Assembly (NCBI GenBank): GCA_963674865.2
Contig: CAXXYE010000009.1
Span: forward strand, 128,001 to 192,000
From: Candidatus Hydrogenedentota bacterium
GTDB taxonomy: Bacteria; Hydrogenedentota; Hydrogenedentia; Hydrogenedentales; SLHB01
DNA length: 64,000 nucleotides
Direction of reading: 5' to 3'
The notes beneath the pieces are model-generated. The model saw only the letters and a program-made list of their open reading frames with translations, ran no database searches and was not told the origin of the DNA. Positions 28,487 to 40,997 of this stretch are shown in pieces. The position numbers were made by a program, and so were the translations under genes. The first letter of the stretch is position 1. Each line of letters begins with the position of its first letter.

Positions 28487-28953
28487 GACGCCTCTGCTCA
28501 CTGGCTTGCCTCGCCTGCATGTGCTGCGCCATAGGATGCGATAATCCCCTTGGCGTCGGAGTCCCGAGCATCCCCGGGCGCAAAGCAAGCGATGAGGAGA
28601 TCATTAGCCAGATTCTCGACGACGTTCATCGAGGGCTTCAGGCCCGGCGCATGTTCAAGGTGATGGCCCATCTCTCTCCACGATACCATGATGAATACGG
28701 CCGGGACCGCCAGGCGGTTCAAGCCTATCTGAACGATCTCTTCAAGCGATATGGCGACATCTGGATCACCCGGGTGCGGCCGGAAATAGCCCTGATGGGC
28801 GAACGCGCACGTGTGATCGAGACATTTGGCGCGACGGCCGAGCCTATCAACCGGAGCATCGACGCGCCGATAAACGTCCAGGGCCAAGTGATGATATTCT
28901 TCGAAAAGGTGGGCGGCGACTGGAAGATCGACGAATGGAGAGACGTGCGATAG
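28483..28953 (+). CDS. Hypothetical lipoprotein, NTF2/SnoaL-like fold
   Basis: Lipobox-like AIGC; SPRYHDEYGRD and FEKVGGDWKI C-terminus typical of NTF2-like proteins. Confidence 0.6.
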   Translation: MRRLCSLACLACMCCAIGCDNPLGVGVPSIPGRKASDEEIISQILDDVHRGLQARRMFKVMAHLSPRYHDEYGRDRQAVQAYLNDLFKRYGDIWITRVRPEIALMGERARVIETFGATAEPINRSIDAPINVQGQVMIFFEKVGGDWKIDEWRDVR

Positions 28954-29102
28954 GATTGGCTCAGCATTCTTAACCAGAGAGTCGGACCCGCTGTATGGTT
29001 GAGCCTCGCTCCTGGCAGACGGGAGCGGGGCTTTGAGTACTATGGCGCGGCGGCGTTGCCGCCCCAAACAACAACACATTCAACGCGGAAAACAGTGTAA
29101 TC

Positions 29103-30656
29103 ATGCCAGAAAAAGGGAAAAGCAGGAAGAAACGGGCAATTCACCCGGAAATCGAGCACGAAGAACCAAAGAGCGGTTTTGCCGCCCTGGGCGACAGCAT
29201 CAAGGAGAATCCCGTTGTCTACATCGTTGGCGGTGCCTTCATAGTCCTGTGCGCCCTGGCGGGTCTTCTCTACAACGTGGGAGTCGCCGGGAAGGAAGAA
29301 GCGGTCGCGGCGCAACTCGCCGAGGCGCTGAAAACCGAGGACCCCGCCCTCAGGGCTGCTGAGTTGGAGCGGATGGCCGACGACGCGGGAAGCCTTACGC
29401 CGGACGTGCTGTACCTCTGGGGCGAGACCGCCTTCGACGCGGAGGATTTCGGCAAAGCGCGCGCAGCCTTCGAGCGCCTTCGGACGGAGTATCCCGAGTC
29501 CACGCACACCCCGGACGCGGTGGAAGGGCTGGGCTTCATCGCCGAGAACGAGGAGAACTACCAGCAGGCCCTGGCCACCTATAAAGAGGTGATCGAGAAA
29601 TGGCCCGGGTCGTTCGCAGGACGGCGGCAAGAACTCAATATCGGACGCTGCGAGGAACGCCTAGGCAACCTGGAGGAAGCGATCAACTCGTATCAATCGC
29701 AGATGGTCGTGTTTCCCGGTTCCCACGTCGCCGCGTCGGCGGAGACGGCTCTGAGCCGCTTGGAGCAAGCCCATCCGGAGTTGTTCGCCGCCGCCGCATC
29801 CGAGGCTGCGGAGGGCGATGAACCGGCCGCAACAGGCTCGGAAGAGGCCGATCAGGCAGCGGCGCCGGCAGATGACGCATCCGCCGACACGGCCGCGACG
29901 ACGGAGAAGGGAAATATGGCTGGAGGTCTGCCGGCTCCCAACCAGGGGGGCGTATACGTGGTTGCGCATCGGGGAGCCCACGAAGGGATCCCGGAGAACT
30001 CCCTAGCGGCCTACGAGAAAGCAATCGAACTGGGCGCGGATTTCGTCGAGGTCGACGTTCGCATCACCAAGGACGGCGACTTCGTGTCCATGCATAACGA
30101 CACCGTGGACAAGTACGTGACGGACGGCGCCACGGGTGACGTGGCCGACCTCACGCTTGAAGAACTGCGCGCCCTGGATATTGGAAGCCGCGTCGGGCCG
30201 GAATGGGCGGGCACGCGCGTGCCCACTTTTGACGAGATTTTGGACGTCTGCAAAGACAAAATCGGCATCTACCTCGATCTGAAGCAGGCGCCCGTGGCGC
30301 CGCTGGTCGAAAAACTCAAGGCCCGCGGCATGGAGCGACGCGTTGTCTGGTACGCCGGGGCACACGAACTCGCGGAATTGCAGGACCTCTGCCCCGAGTG
30401 CGTGGGAATGCCAGACTGCGACGAGGCGAATCTTCCGCAGGTGTTGGAGCAGAAGCCGCGCGTTGTAGCCCCGGTTTGGCGCCGCCTGTCGCAGTCCTAC
30501 GTCGAGAAATGCCACGAAGCCGGCGCCATCGTCATTGTCGATGAGGACTTCAGCGTGCAGGACACTTCGTGCTGGGAGCAGGCCCTCGCGTGGGGCGTCG
30601 ATGGTATTCAGACGGACCGCCCCGCCGAGTTAATCGAGTTCCTCAAGAGCCGCTAG
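29103..30656 (+). CDS. Membrane-anchored TPR protein (YfgM/CpoB-like) fused to glycerophosphodiester phosphodiesterase
   Basis: TM plus TPRs (YPES, WPGS, FPGS turns), Ala/Glu linker, then AHRG, PENSLAAY, EVDV, TKDG, DGIQTDRP. Confidence 0.8.
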   Translation: MPEKGKSRKKRAIHPEIEHEEPKSGFAALGDSIKENPVVYIVGGAFIVLCALAGLLYNVGVAGKEEAVAAQLAEALKTEDPALRAAELERMADDAGSLTPDVLYLWGETAFDAEDFGKARAAFERLRTEYPESTHTPDAVEGLGFIAENEENYQQALATYKEVIEKWPGSFAGRRQELNIGRCEERLGNLEEAINSYQSQMVVFPGSHVAASAETALSRLEQAHPELFAAAASEAAEGDEPAATGSEEADQAAAPADDASADTAATTEKGNMAGGLPAPNQGGVYVVAHRGAHEGIPENSLAAYEKAIELGADFVEVDVRITKDGDFVSMHNDTVDKYVTDGATGDVADLTLEELRALDIGSRVGPEWAGTRVPTFDEILDVCKDKIGIYLDLKQAPVAPLVEKLKARGMERRVVWYAGAHELAELQDLCPECVGMPDCDEANLPQVLEQKPRVVAPVWRRLSQSYVEKCHEAGAIVIVDEDFSVQDTSCWEQALAWGVDGIQTDRPAELIEFLKSR

Positions 30657-30699
30657 CAAGCCGACTAGCCCGCGTCGACAGAGGCGTTTCCGGACCTCC

Positions 30700-31683
30700 T
30701 TAGCCTCGCTCCGGCTTGGCGTCGCGCATCATCAGCGCTGCGATGGCGTCGCGTGGATCCGCCCCTCCGAACAACACCTCGTATACTTGCTGCGTGATGG
30801 GCATGTCGACGCCCCGGCGGGAGGCCAAGGCGTTGGTCGAGCGCGTGGTACGAACGCCCTCGGCAACCATCGGCGTACTGGACGTGATCTCCTCGAGCGA
30901 CTTCCCCTGAGCGATCTGCTCGCCCACCGATCGATTACGCGAGAGCCGGCTCGCACACGTAACAATCAGGTCGCCCATGCCGCTAAGTCCCGAAAACGTA
31001 AGAGGATCCGCACCCATGGCGACCCCAAGCCGGGCCATTTCGGCCAGGCCTCGCGTAATCAGCGCCGCCTTCGCGTTATCACCGAGCCTAAACCCGTCGC
31101 ACACGCCGGCAGCAATGGCCACGACGTTCTTCAAGGCGCCGCCAAGCTCAACGCCGACAACATCCGGGCTGGTATACACGCGGAACGTCGGCACCATGAA
31201 TGCTTGCTGAACGGCATCGCAAGCCGCCGCATCCGTCCCGCCCACGACCACTGTGGCGGGCAGATCCCGCGCTACTTCCTCGGCATGACTGGGGCCGGAC
31301 AGTGCGGCCACCCGTTCCCGGCCGGTGACCTCGTGGATGACCTCCGTCATTCTCAACAGAGTGTCGTTCTCAATGCCTTTGGCCACGCTTACCAGAATAG
31401 CTTCCGGTGAAACCGGCAGCGGGTGCTGCGTCAACACGGCGCGCATGGCATGCGACGGCACGGCCAGCACAACAATCGCCGACTCATCGCTCGGCTCATG
31501 CGAGACCTCGACGGATTCCGGCAGCGACACACCCTCCAGATACAGAGGGCTCTGCCTTGTGCGGCGGAGTTCCTCAAATCCGTCCTCCTCACGGCACCAC
31601 AACCTCACCTCATGCCCGTTGAGGGCCAAGAGACGAGCCAGGGCCAATCCCCAACTACCGCCCCCGACAACCTGACAATGCAT
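30700..31683 (-). CDS. gpsA: NAD(P)H-dependent glycerol-3-phosphate dehydrogenase
   Basis: GGGSWG, AKGIE, LSGPSHAEEV, GGALKN, GDNAKAALITRG, GDLIVTC, SRN. Confidence 0.95.
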   Translation of the reverse strand: MHCQVVGGGSWGLALARLLALNGHEVRLWCREEDGFEELRRTRQSPLYLEGVSLPESVEVSHEPSDESAIVVLAVPSHAMRAVLTQHPLPVSPEAILVSVAKGIENDTLLRMTEVIHEVTGRERVAALSGPSHAEEVARDLPATVVVGGTDAAACDAVQQAFMVPTFRVYTSPDVVGVELGGALKNVVAIAAGVCDGFRLGDNAKAALITRGLAEMARLGVAMGADPLTFSGLSGMGDLIVTCASRLSRNRSVGEQIAQGKSLEEITSSTPMVAEGVRTTRSTNALASRRGVDMPITQQVYEVLFGGADPRDAIAALMMRDAKPERG

Positions 31684-31693
31684 CGAGTCACTC

Positions 31694-32704
31694 CTATGAT
31701 TTGGAATCCGATTTGCTCAAATAGACGCTCAGGCGCGGCTCGAAGAACGCCTTGGTGCGCGCGAGGCCGGCCAGCAGTCCGACCCTCGGCGTCCAGTTCA
31801 GGGCCGTCTTGAGACGAGTGTTTGATACCGACACGTCGCCCACGTCCAATCCCACCCAGTCCTTGGGCCAGGCGACATGCGTCACGTGCCCCTTGCCGAC
31901 AACCGCCACAACGGCCTCCGCGAACTCGGCAATCGAGTGCTCGCTGTCACCCGTCGCGAAGTAGACTTCGCCGAGGGTGGCATCGGACGCGGCCGTGCGC
32001 AGAAGGGCCTCGATGCAGTCGTCCACGTACAGCACATTTCGCTTCTGGGCGCCCTTTCCGTAGATGGTCAGGCCCTTCCCTTGCAGCGCGAGGCCGATGA
32101 AATGGTTCAACACGCCCCCGTCCCGGCTCTTGATATTTGCCCGAGGCCCGTAAACGTTCGCCAACCGGATGACGGTGGCCCGTACCCCGTGTACGCGATG
32201 GTAGATGAGGTGGTACTTCTCGGCCGCGCTCTTGTTGGCTGAGTAGATATCCAGAGGGAACTCGGGATGCAGCTCGTCAAGCGGAGCGTGCAGCATGGGG
32301 CCGCACTGTGTGCTCGTCCCCACATAAACCACCCGGGCCGCCGGATTGTCCTTCCGCGCCGACTCAAGCACGTTCATGGTGCCCTTGCAGTTGATATCGA
32401 TATCCAGAAAGGGGTCCCGCAGTGAATAGGTATGCGATGTGTGGCCCGCGCAGTTGAAGATGACATCCTGCGCCGCGATCACCGGATTAACGAGATTGAA
32501 ATCGCGGATATCGTTAATGATGACGCGTATGCGATCCTTGAGCCCCTCGACGTTGGCGGTATTGCCGCCGCCGTGGTCCATAAGTGAATCGATTACGGTA
32601 ACCTGTGCGCCCAGTTCCACGCAGCGGGCCGCCAGATTGCTTCCAATGAAGCCCAGGCCGCCCAGAACCAATACACGCTTATTATTGAAGAATTCCGCCG
32701 TCAA
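31694..32704 (-). CDS. NAD-dependent epimerase/dehydratase (nucleotide-sugar SDR)
   Basis: [24 protein letters not shown] start at 32704 after AAGGAG. Confidence 0.9.
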   Translation of the reverse strand: MTAEFFNNKRVLVLGGLGFIGSNLAARCVELGAQVTVIDSLMDHGGGNTANVEGLKDRIRVIINDIRDFNLVNPVIAAQDVIFNCAGHTSHTYSLRDPFLDIDINCKGTMNVLESARKDNPAARVVYVGTSTQCGPMLHAPLDELHPEFPLDIYSANKSAAEKYHLIYHRVHGVRATVIRLANVYGPRANIKSRDGGVLNHFIGLALQGKGLTIYGKGAQKRNVLYVDDCIEALLRTAASDATLGEVYFATGDSEHSIAEFAEAVVAVVGKGHVTHVAWPKDWVGLDVGDVSVSNTRLKTALNWTPRVGLLAGLARTKAFFEPRLSVYLSKSDSKS

Positions 32705-32854
32705 GGAACGGCTCCTTGCTCCCCTGCGGGGCCGACTTCCACCCGACACGGATAGCATAACACAACCAGTGCGCACCCCCACCACAGGGAGTTTTATTTC
32801 GCCGTCTTCTCTGCTACCGTATGAGCAATTCGTCCGCCTCAGGGAGATCCTGTA

Positions 32855-34003
32855 ATGATGGGCTTTACCACAATAGTTCTGGCCATGCTGCTTCCGGCCG
32901 CAATGGAGAATACCGCGATGTTGAAATTCGAGAAGATCAAGATTGGCAACGTCACGTACGAGGCAGCGGCCGCATTCGACGTCAACGACGACGGAATCAT
33001 TGACATTGTCTGCGGCGAGTACTGGTTCGAAGGCCCGGACTTCAAGAAGCAACACAAGATCTGCGATGTGCGGCCGGTGGACGACTACTACGATGATTTC
33101 GCGGATTTTCCGATGGACGTGAACGGCGACGGCCACCTCGACATCGTGACGGGCGCCTGGTTCGACAAGACGCTCCGCTGGCGTGAGAATCCGAAGGGCC
33201 GACCCGTCGAATGGACAGTGCACGATATCGCCGAGACGGGCAATATCGAGCGGCCGTGCTTTCACGACATCGACCGCGACGGCCACATCGAGGTCATTCC
33301 GAACTGCCCGGCCATGCCCGTCACCATCTTCAAGCTGCGGCGCGATGCGGAGGGTAGGGGCACGGGCGCCTTCGAGCAGCACGTCATCAGCGAAGGCGGC
33401 CAAGGCCATGGGATCGGCTTCGGCGACATCAACGGCGACGGACGTGACGACATCGTGCTCAATGGCGGCTGGCTGGAGGCGCCGCCGGAGCCGTTGAGCG
33501 GCAAGTGGACAATGCACGCCGAGTTCGATCTCGGCGGCCCCGCAAGTTGTCCTATTCTTGTGCATGATGTGAACGGCGATGGGCTCAACGACATCATCGT
33601 GGGCATGGGCCATGCCTACGGGCTCGCTTGGTGGGAACAACGTGTCGACGGCGAAGGCGCGCGCACGTGGGTGAAGCACGACATCGACACCGAACGCTCC
33701 CAGTACCACGATATGCAACTCGTGGATATTGATAACGACGGCCAACTCGAGCTGATAACGGGCAAGCGGTACCACGCCCACTGCGGCCATGATCCGGGCG
33801 CCGAAGACCCCATCGGCATCTATTACTTCAAGATCAATGGCGGCGCCTTCGAGCGCGTCACCATCGACTACGGCCCGCCGGATCAGGCGAGCGGCGCCGG
33901 CATCTATTTCTGGGTGGAGGACCTCGACGGCAACGGCTGGAAGGACATCATCGCCCCGGGGAAAGAGGGGCTGTTTCTTTTCAAGAACCTGGGGCCGGCC
34001 TGA
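32855..34003 (+). CDS. FG-GAP/VCBS-repeat beta-propeller protein, exported
   Basis: Seven D-x-N/D-x-D-G repeats (DVNDDG, DVNGDG, DIDRDG, DINGDG, DVNGDG, DIDNDG, DLDGNG). Confidence 0.85.
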   Translation: MMGFTTIVLAMLLPAAMENTAMLKFEKIKIGNVTYEAAAAFDVNDDGIIDIVCGEYWFEGPDFKKQHKICDVRPVDDYYDDFADFPMDVNGDGHLDIVTGAWFDKTLRWRENPKGRPVEWTVHDIAETGNIERPCFHDIDRDGHIEVIPNCPAMPVTIFKLRRDAEGRGTGAFEQHVISEGGQGHGIGFGDINGDGRDDIVLNGGWLEAPPEPLSGKWTMHAEFDLGGPASCPILVHDVNGDGLNDIIVGMGHAYGLAWWEQRVDGEGARTWVKHDIDTERSQYHDMQLVDIDNDGQLELITGKRYHAHCGHDPGAEDPIGIYYFKINGGAFERVTIDYGPPDQASGAGIYFWVEDLDGNGWKDIIAPGKEGLFLFKNLGPA

Positions 34004-34011
34004 GGCGACGC

Positions 34012-34818
34012 TCAGTCCCTTAGCTCCAGTTCGATGTGCGCGAACATGCCAAGCTGCGGATTCAACGGCCGCAGCAGCCCTTCGAAGCCGCGCCAAACCG
34101 GGTAGGCCCACCCCGGCGCAGGCGAGCGTAGCGACACCCCCCCGGAGAGCAAGTACGAAAAGGGCAGGAAGGGCTCGATGCGCTTCACGCGCAACATGGG
34201 AAATTCCCGCTCGAATGTTGCCCGATCTCGCATGAAGATAATCCAGGGCAAAGCCCCATTCGCCGTGGATAACGGCCCCCCGCCGGGCAGATCCCATCCG
34301 GCAGTCGCATCGAACGGCTCGTGATGGAAATGCGTGAAAACCAGCCGGGACCACCATGTATTCCAAGGCTCGATCATGACGACGCGCCCGCCCGGCTTCA
34401 GGCATCGCACGGCCTCCGACAGGAACGCGCGAGGACGCGGGATATGATGGAACACGTCGAGCAAGAAGAGGGCTGCCACCGAGGCGCTTGAGAAGGGCAT
34501 CGCTTCCGCCGAAAAGGCGACATCGACAAACGCCAAAGGCATTACCTCGGATGTCACCGCCCCAGGCAGTACTTCCTTGAGGAAACCCGCCCCGGAACCC
34601 AGCTCTACCCGCATCCCGTCCGGCGCGCGTTCGGCGGCGTGCGCAAAAAGGCCATAGCATTCGCGGTAGAGTCGGTTAAGGAAAGCCTTGCGCTCGAGCA
34701 CGGCCCGGCGGATCGCCGTCACTTCGGGATCATCCAGCTCCCGCCCGGCCAGTTCCGGGAGTTCAAGCCAAGCCTTCAGTCGTTCAATCAAGCGTATGGC
34801 CCCGTACCGCATCACCAA
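34012..34818 (-). CDS. Class I SAM-dependent methyltransferase (glycan-cluster associated)
   Basis: [27 protein letters not shown]. Confidence 0.85.
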   Translation of the reverse strand: MVMRYGAIRLIERLKAWLELPELAGRELDDPEVTAIRRAVLERKAFLNRLYRECYGLFAHAAERAPDGMRVELGSGAGFLKEVLPGAVTSEVMPLAFVDVAFSAEAMPFSSASVAALFLLDVFHHIPRPRAFLSEAVRCLKPGGRVVMIEPWNTWWSRLVFTHFHHEPFDATAGWDLPGGGPLSTANGALPWIIFMRDRATFEREFPMLRVKRIEPFLPFSYLLSGGVSLRSPAPGWAYPVWRGFEGLLRPLNPQLGMFAHIELELRD

Positions 34819-34833
34819 CCGCTCTCGGCGGCC

Positions 34834-36802
<1,969 letters not shown>

Positions 36803-36954
36803 GTATCTCTCCTCAGTATTCCTTCCAGAGCGTCTGCCGACGCCCGATGCTGCATTTCACCAGCGGGAGCAATGACGCTGCTCTCCCGTTCACAAAGGAT
36901 CGCTCCCGTCGCCCCGTATCCTCCGATGGAGCAATGTCAAAACAGCCAGTAGGC

Positions 36955-36983
36955 AGCATAGACAACACCCTTGGACTAGTCAA
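36955..36983 (-). promoter_or_regulatory. sigma70-like promoter of the gmd-fcl operon
   Basis: TTGACT, 17-nt spacer, TATGCT on the minus strand. Confidence 0.6.
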
Positions 36984-37156
36984 GCCACGCGCGCGTCGCG
37001 GCACGGAGAAAAAAATCGGGCCAGCACCAGGTTTGTGGCGAGGGCCGCTCTCTTGTAGAATGCGCTTCTCTTGTCCCCGAAGGGAGCTTTGAGCGCAACG
37101 AGCGGGCCCAAGCAGCATGGCCTACGGAACTTGCATGACTATGAGCAGCACCCGCC

Positions 37157-39874
37157 ATGAGCACTGACGCCTCGCCCCGCGACAAGAAAGGACCGCAGGC
37201 CAACGGCGCCAAACGGCGCCCGCCGGATCACGCGGCGCCGAAGCCTGTAAGAGGCGCCAAACTGGCGCTCTTTTGGCTCTTGCTGATTGTGGTTTTCCCC
37301 GGACTTATCCTCCTGATCGCGGAGATGGGCCTACGCCTGGTTGGCTACGGGATAGACACAGGCTATTTCAAGAAGGTGCGCGTCGCCAGCGAGGCTTTCT
37401 ACGTGCCCAACTGCCGCTATTTCGAGCAATTCATGGGCGGCGATCTCGCGCGAAGTCCGGATCTTTGCCGGGTGCCCGCCGAGAAAGGCGACAACGTATA
37501 CCGGATATTCGTGCTCGGCGCATCAGCCGCGCGCGGCGAGCCGGACGACGCCTTCGGCATGGGGCGCTATCTCGAGGCGATGCTCGAAGCCGAGTTTCCC
37601 CAGGACTCCTTCGAGATGCACATGGTTGCCTGCGCGGCTATCAACAGCCATGTTGTCCGCCGCATCGCGCGCGAATGCGCCCGCCTGGAACCCGACCTCT
37701 TCGTCGTCTACCTAGGCAACAATGAGGTTATCGGCCCCTACGGTTCCGGCACGGTTTTTCAGTCCCGCGCACAGAGTCTCGCGTCGATCCGGTTCGCCAT
37801 GGCGGCGCAATCGCTGCGGCTGGTTCAGTTTGCCCAGAATCTGGGCGCCAGGCTACAGAACACGCGCCAAGTACATCGAGACTGGCAAGGACTCGAGATG
37901 TTCGCGCAGAACCAGGTCGCCGCGAACGATCCACGCCTCGGCCACATTTACGACTTCTTCGAGGCCAACCTCGGGGACATCGTGAAGGCTGGCACGGAAG
38001 CGGGCGCGCGCGTACTCGTCTCATCCGTGGCGAGCAATCTCAAAGACTATCCGCCGTGCGGCTCGCAGCATCGTCAAGGAATGTCCGCCGAAGAGGCGGC
38101 CGAGTGGGAAGCCGTCGTTGAGGCTGGTGCGGCCCATGTCGATGCGGGAGAACTCGACGCGGCCGTGGCCGCTTTCCGAAAAGCACTCGAACTGGACGAC
38201 GAGTACGCCAGATTGCACTACCGGCTGGGCCGGGCGCTGCTTTTGCAGGGAGAGACTGACGATGCCCGGCGGGCCTTCATCAGAGCGCGCGACCTCGATA
38301 CGCTCCGTTTTCGCGCGGACACCATCATTAACGAGCGGATCGCGCGCATCGCCGGCCAGTATGCGGAGCGGGGCGCGACATTCGTCGATGGCGATGCCGC
38401 TGTGGCCGCGGCCAGCCCTCACGGGATCCCCGGCGAAGAGCTTCTCTACGAGCACGTGCACTACCGTACCGAGGGCAACTACGTAATGGCCCGGGCCCTC
38501 TTCGACGCCCTCATGCCGCATCTGCCCGAGCGTTTGCAGGCACGGGCCGAGGGCGCAGGGGGCACGCCGACGTATGATATCTGCTCGGAACGCCTCGCCC
38601 TCACGGAGTGGAATCTCTACGAGCACACATCGCGCATGTTGGGCATGGTAAGCCGCCCGCCCTTCACGGGCCAGCTTGACTCCGACGTTCGCGAGCAGCG
38701 CTTCCGCAAGCGCCTGGCCGAGTTGGCGCGGTTCAAGTCGCCACAGACCCTCTCCCATATAGGCGCCCGATATGCGGCGGCCTTGAAGCGAATGCCGAAC
38801 GACCCCCACTTGCATCGCCACTACGCGCGTCTGCTGAACGAACTCGGCGATCGCGGGCGTGCCGTCGAGCAAGCCCGGTGGGTATGCGCCAACTATCCCA
38901 CATACCTGAAGGGGCGCTCGGAGTTGGGGGATATTCTTTGGCAATCCGGGCAGCCGGACAAGGCTATTGCGGCGTATGAGGAAGTCTTGGCCATGCGGCC
39001 CAGTGTACTGGACGCCAAACTCACCATCGCCCGATGCATGGAGGATAAGGGCGATCTGACAGGCGCCCTCAAGCGATACCAGGCATGTACGCGCATTCCA
39101 GGACTTGCCGAGGAGGCCTATGTCCGCCTCGGTCTCGCCCTTTCGCACATTGGCCGGCCTAATCCCGCGGAGCGGGCCTTCCGTGAGGCCATTGCTCTGA
39201 AGCCAAGTCTTGCCGCCGCGTATGATGGCCTCGACAAAGTCCTCGCGGCCAGACTGAGTCCGGCGGAAGCCGCGGACGAGTGGCGCGCCCTGGCCGAGGC
39301 GTACAAGGAGGCGCCCTATGGGTACTTACACTTGGGGAATATCCTGAGCGCCATGAGGGATGTTGAGGGCGCGGTTGCGGCGTATAGGCAGGCTTCCGGT
39401 ATCGACCCTCGCTCCACCGCCCCCTACCTGGCCCTGGCCTCCCTATATGCAAGCCAAGGCGCATTGCCCGAGGCTATCAACGAACAGAATCAAGCGATTG
39501 CCCTCGACCCCTACGACTACGACCTCCGCGTGCGGCTGGGCGATTACCTGGGCGCGGCCGGCAGGACGCACGAGGCCGTCGCCGCCTTGCGCAGCGCGAT
39601 AGACGTTAATCCGCATCGCCTACCGGCCTTGAAGATGCTCGACGTTATGCTCAGAGGGGCCAACGACACGGCGGAGCGCGTCCGCGTCTGGCGGGAACTG
39701 GCTAGGGCGCATTCCGATGCGCTGTTCCCCCCCTTCGCACTGGGAGCCGCCCTCGAAGATGCCGGGGATGTGGCCGGAGCCAGAGCAGCCTACGAAGACT
39801 GCCTACGCATCAACCCCCGATTCACTCCCGCGCAACAGGCCCTCGGGAGACTCGGCTCCATGAGCGCCGGATAG
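37157..39874 (+). CDS. Membrane-anchored SGNH-like hydrolase with TPR repeats (paralog of 1102-3282)
   Basis: TM; YRIFVLGASAA, YLGNNEV, SPHGIPGEEL, EHVH; C-terminal TPR array. Confidence 0.75.
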   Translation: MSTDASPRDKKGPQANGAKRRPPDHAAPKPVRGAKLALFWLLLIVVFPGLILLIAEMGLRLVGYGIDTGYFKKVRVASEAFYVPNCRYFEQFMGGDLARSPDLCRVPAEKGDNVYRIFVLGASAARGEPDDAFGMGRYLEAMLEAEFPQDSFEMHMVACAAINSHVVRRIARECARLEPDLFVVYLGNNEVIGPYGSGTVFQSRAQSLASIRFAMAAQSLRLVQFAQNLGARLQNTRQVHRDWQGLEMFAQNQVAANDPRLGHIYDFFEANLGDIVKAGTEAGARVLVSSVASNLKDYPPCGSQHRQGMSAEEAAEWEAVVEAGAAHVDAGELDAAVAAFRKALELDDEYARLHYRLGRALLLQGETDDARRAFIRARDLDTLRFRADTIINERIARIAGQYAERGATFVDGDAAVAAASPHGIPGEELLYEHVHYRTEGNYVMARALFDALMPHLPERLQARAEGAGGTPTYDICSERLALTEWNLYEHTSRMLGMVSRPPFTGQLDSDVREQRFRKRLAELARFKSPQTLSHIGARYAAALKRMPNDPHLHRHYARLLNELGDRGRAVEQARWVCANYPTYLKGRSELGDILWQSGQPDKAIAAYEEVLAMRPSVLDAKLTIARCMEDKGDLTGALKRYQACTRIPGLAEEAYVRLGLALSHIGRPNPAERAFREAIALKPSLAAAYDGLDKVLAARLSPAEAADEWRALAEAYKEAPYGYLHLGNILSAMRDVEGAVAAYRQASGIDPRSTAPYLALASLYASQGALPEAINEQNQAIALDPYDYDLRVRLGDYLGAAGRTHEAVAALRSAIDVNPHRLPALKMLDVMLRGANDTAERVRVWRELARAHSDALFPPFALGAALEDAGDVAGARAAYEDCLRINPRFTPAQQALGRLGSMSAG

Positions 39875-39913
39875 TCTGACGGCGTCGCCGAATCGGCGTC
39901 CTGCTCGCGGGGC

Positions 39914-40993
39914 TCAACGGGCCCTGCCGGAGTTTCGAGGTCGGGTTTGGCGTCGGATGAGCGCAAACGTTACCAGCCCCACACCGGACAAGGCCACGGC
40001 CAACGCGCCCAGCACACCGGCGGCCAGCGCCTTCGTGTTGGCGGCGCCTTGAGCGGGCAGCTTGGGAGGTTCGGATAGGCTGGGGTCCGCATCGGCGGCG
40101 GCCGAGAAGGCTTGTACCGTGGATTCAGAACCGGCCAAGGCTTCCCAGTTCGCGGCCAGCAGCATATCCACGCCGGGATTCTGCGCCTTCACAACGCAGC
40201 GGCATGCCTCGACAAAAAAGCCCTGCGCGTCCGCGATAGTCTTGGCGTTGATGCCCGCCCCCACAAGCGCGTACAGCGCCCGCCCCTGGCCGAAGACGGG
40301 GAAAGCCATCGGTGCATCGAGATCCTCGAGATCCGGTTCGCTGTACAAGAGCATGTTGACGAACGCCTCTTCGGCGGGCTCGTCGCGGGAAACGCGAATC
40401 ATCGAGAATTTGACGCCGCCCGATAATGCTGGAGAAGCATCCGACGGAATCCCTTGCTCGATGCCCGCGCGAAGCACGCTCGCCGCCTCGTCATCCCGCG
40501 CCAAGTCGCCGCTTTCCAGTAACACCCACACAGCGGCGTCCCCCGCGGCAAGTCGCTCCAAGATCTGCTTGCGGCGCGGTGAACTGAGGATGCGCTTGAC
40601 GGCATCGGCCGTCAACGGGCCCGACCACACCACCTTACCTATCCCCGAGCTAATCGGATAGGTGAGGGCAAGCCAAGGCGCCTGCGCTTCCTCGAAAGAT
40701 GTCCAAAGCGCCTGTGCCGCAGGATCCAGTGCCTCGTCCAAATCCAGCGCGCGCAGCACGGCGTTCGCGGGCGCGGCGGCGTCCCCGATCCCACGCTCGA
40801 GTTCCTGGACAAGCGCGTCCGCCTCGTCGGCCAATGGGCCACGGTGGAAGACAACCACGTGGTAGGTGTCGGGCGGCCACTGCTCGAGCGCCCAGCGAAA
40901 CACAGGCACATCGCAGGCCCACGCTGAACAAGCCGTTGACAACACCACGACGGCTAAGCGCCATGCCCACGACACTCTCGGGAGCGCATCCAA
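39914..40993 (-). CDS. Exported hypothetical protein with C-terminal membrane anchor
   Basis: Signal peptide, CDVPVFRWALE, FPVFGQGRAL, ACRCVVKAQNPGVD, C-terminal TM plus basic tail. Confidence 0.6.
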   Translation of the reverse strand: MDALPRVSWAWRLAVVVLSTACSAWACDVPVFRWALEQWPPDTYHVVVFHRGPLADEADALVQELERGIGDAAAPANAVLRALDLDEALDPAAQALWTSFEEAQAPWLALTYPISSGIGKVVWSGPLTADAVKRILSSPRRKQILERLAAGDAAVWVLLESGDLARDDEAASVLRAGIEQGIPSDASPALSGGVKFSMIRVSRDEPAEEAFVNMLLYSEPDLEDLDAPMAFPVFGQGRALYALVGAGINAKTIADAQGFFVEACRCVVKAQNPGVDMLLAANWEALAGSESTVQAFSAAADADPSLSEPPKLPAQGAANTKALAAGVLGALAVALSGVGLVTFALIRRQTRPRNSGRAR

Positions 40994-40997
40994 AATA

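Noticed and set aside
31694..34660. 988-aa minus-strand ORF that looks like a giant epimerase fusion
   Set aside because: Only the last ~336 aa are the epimerase (own SD and TTG at 32704). The rest is antisense shadow of the FG-GAP gene and off-frame of the methyltransferase.
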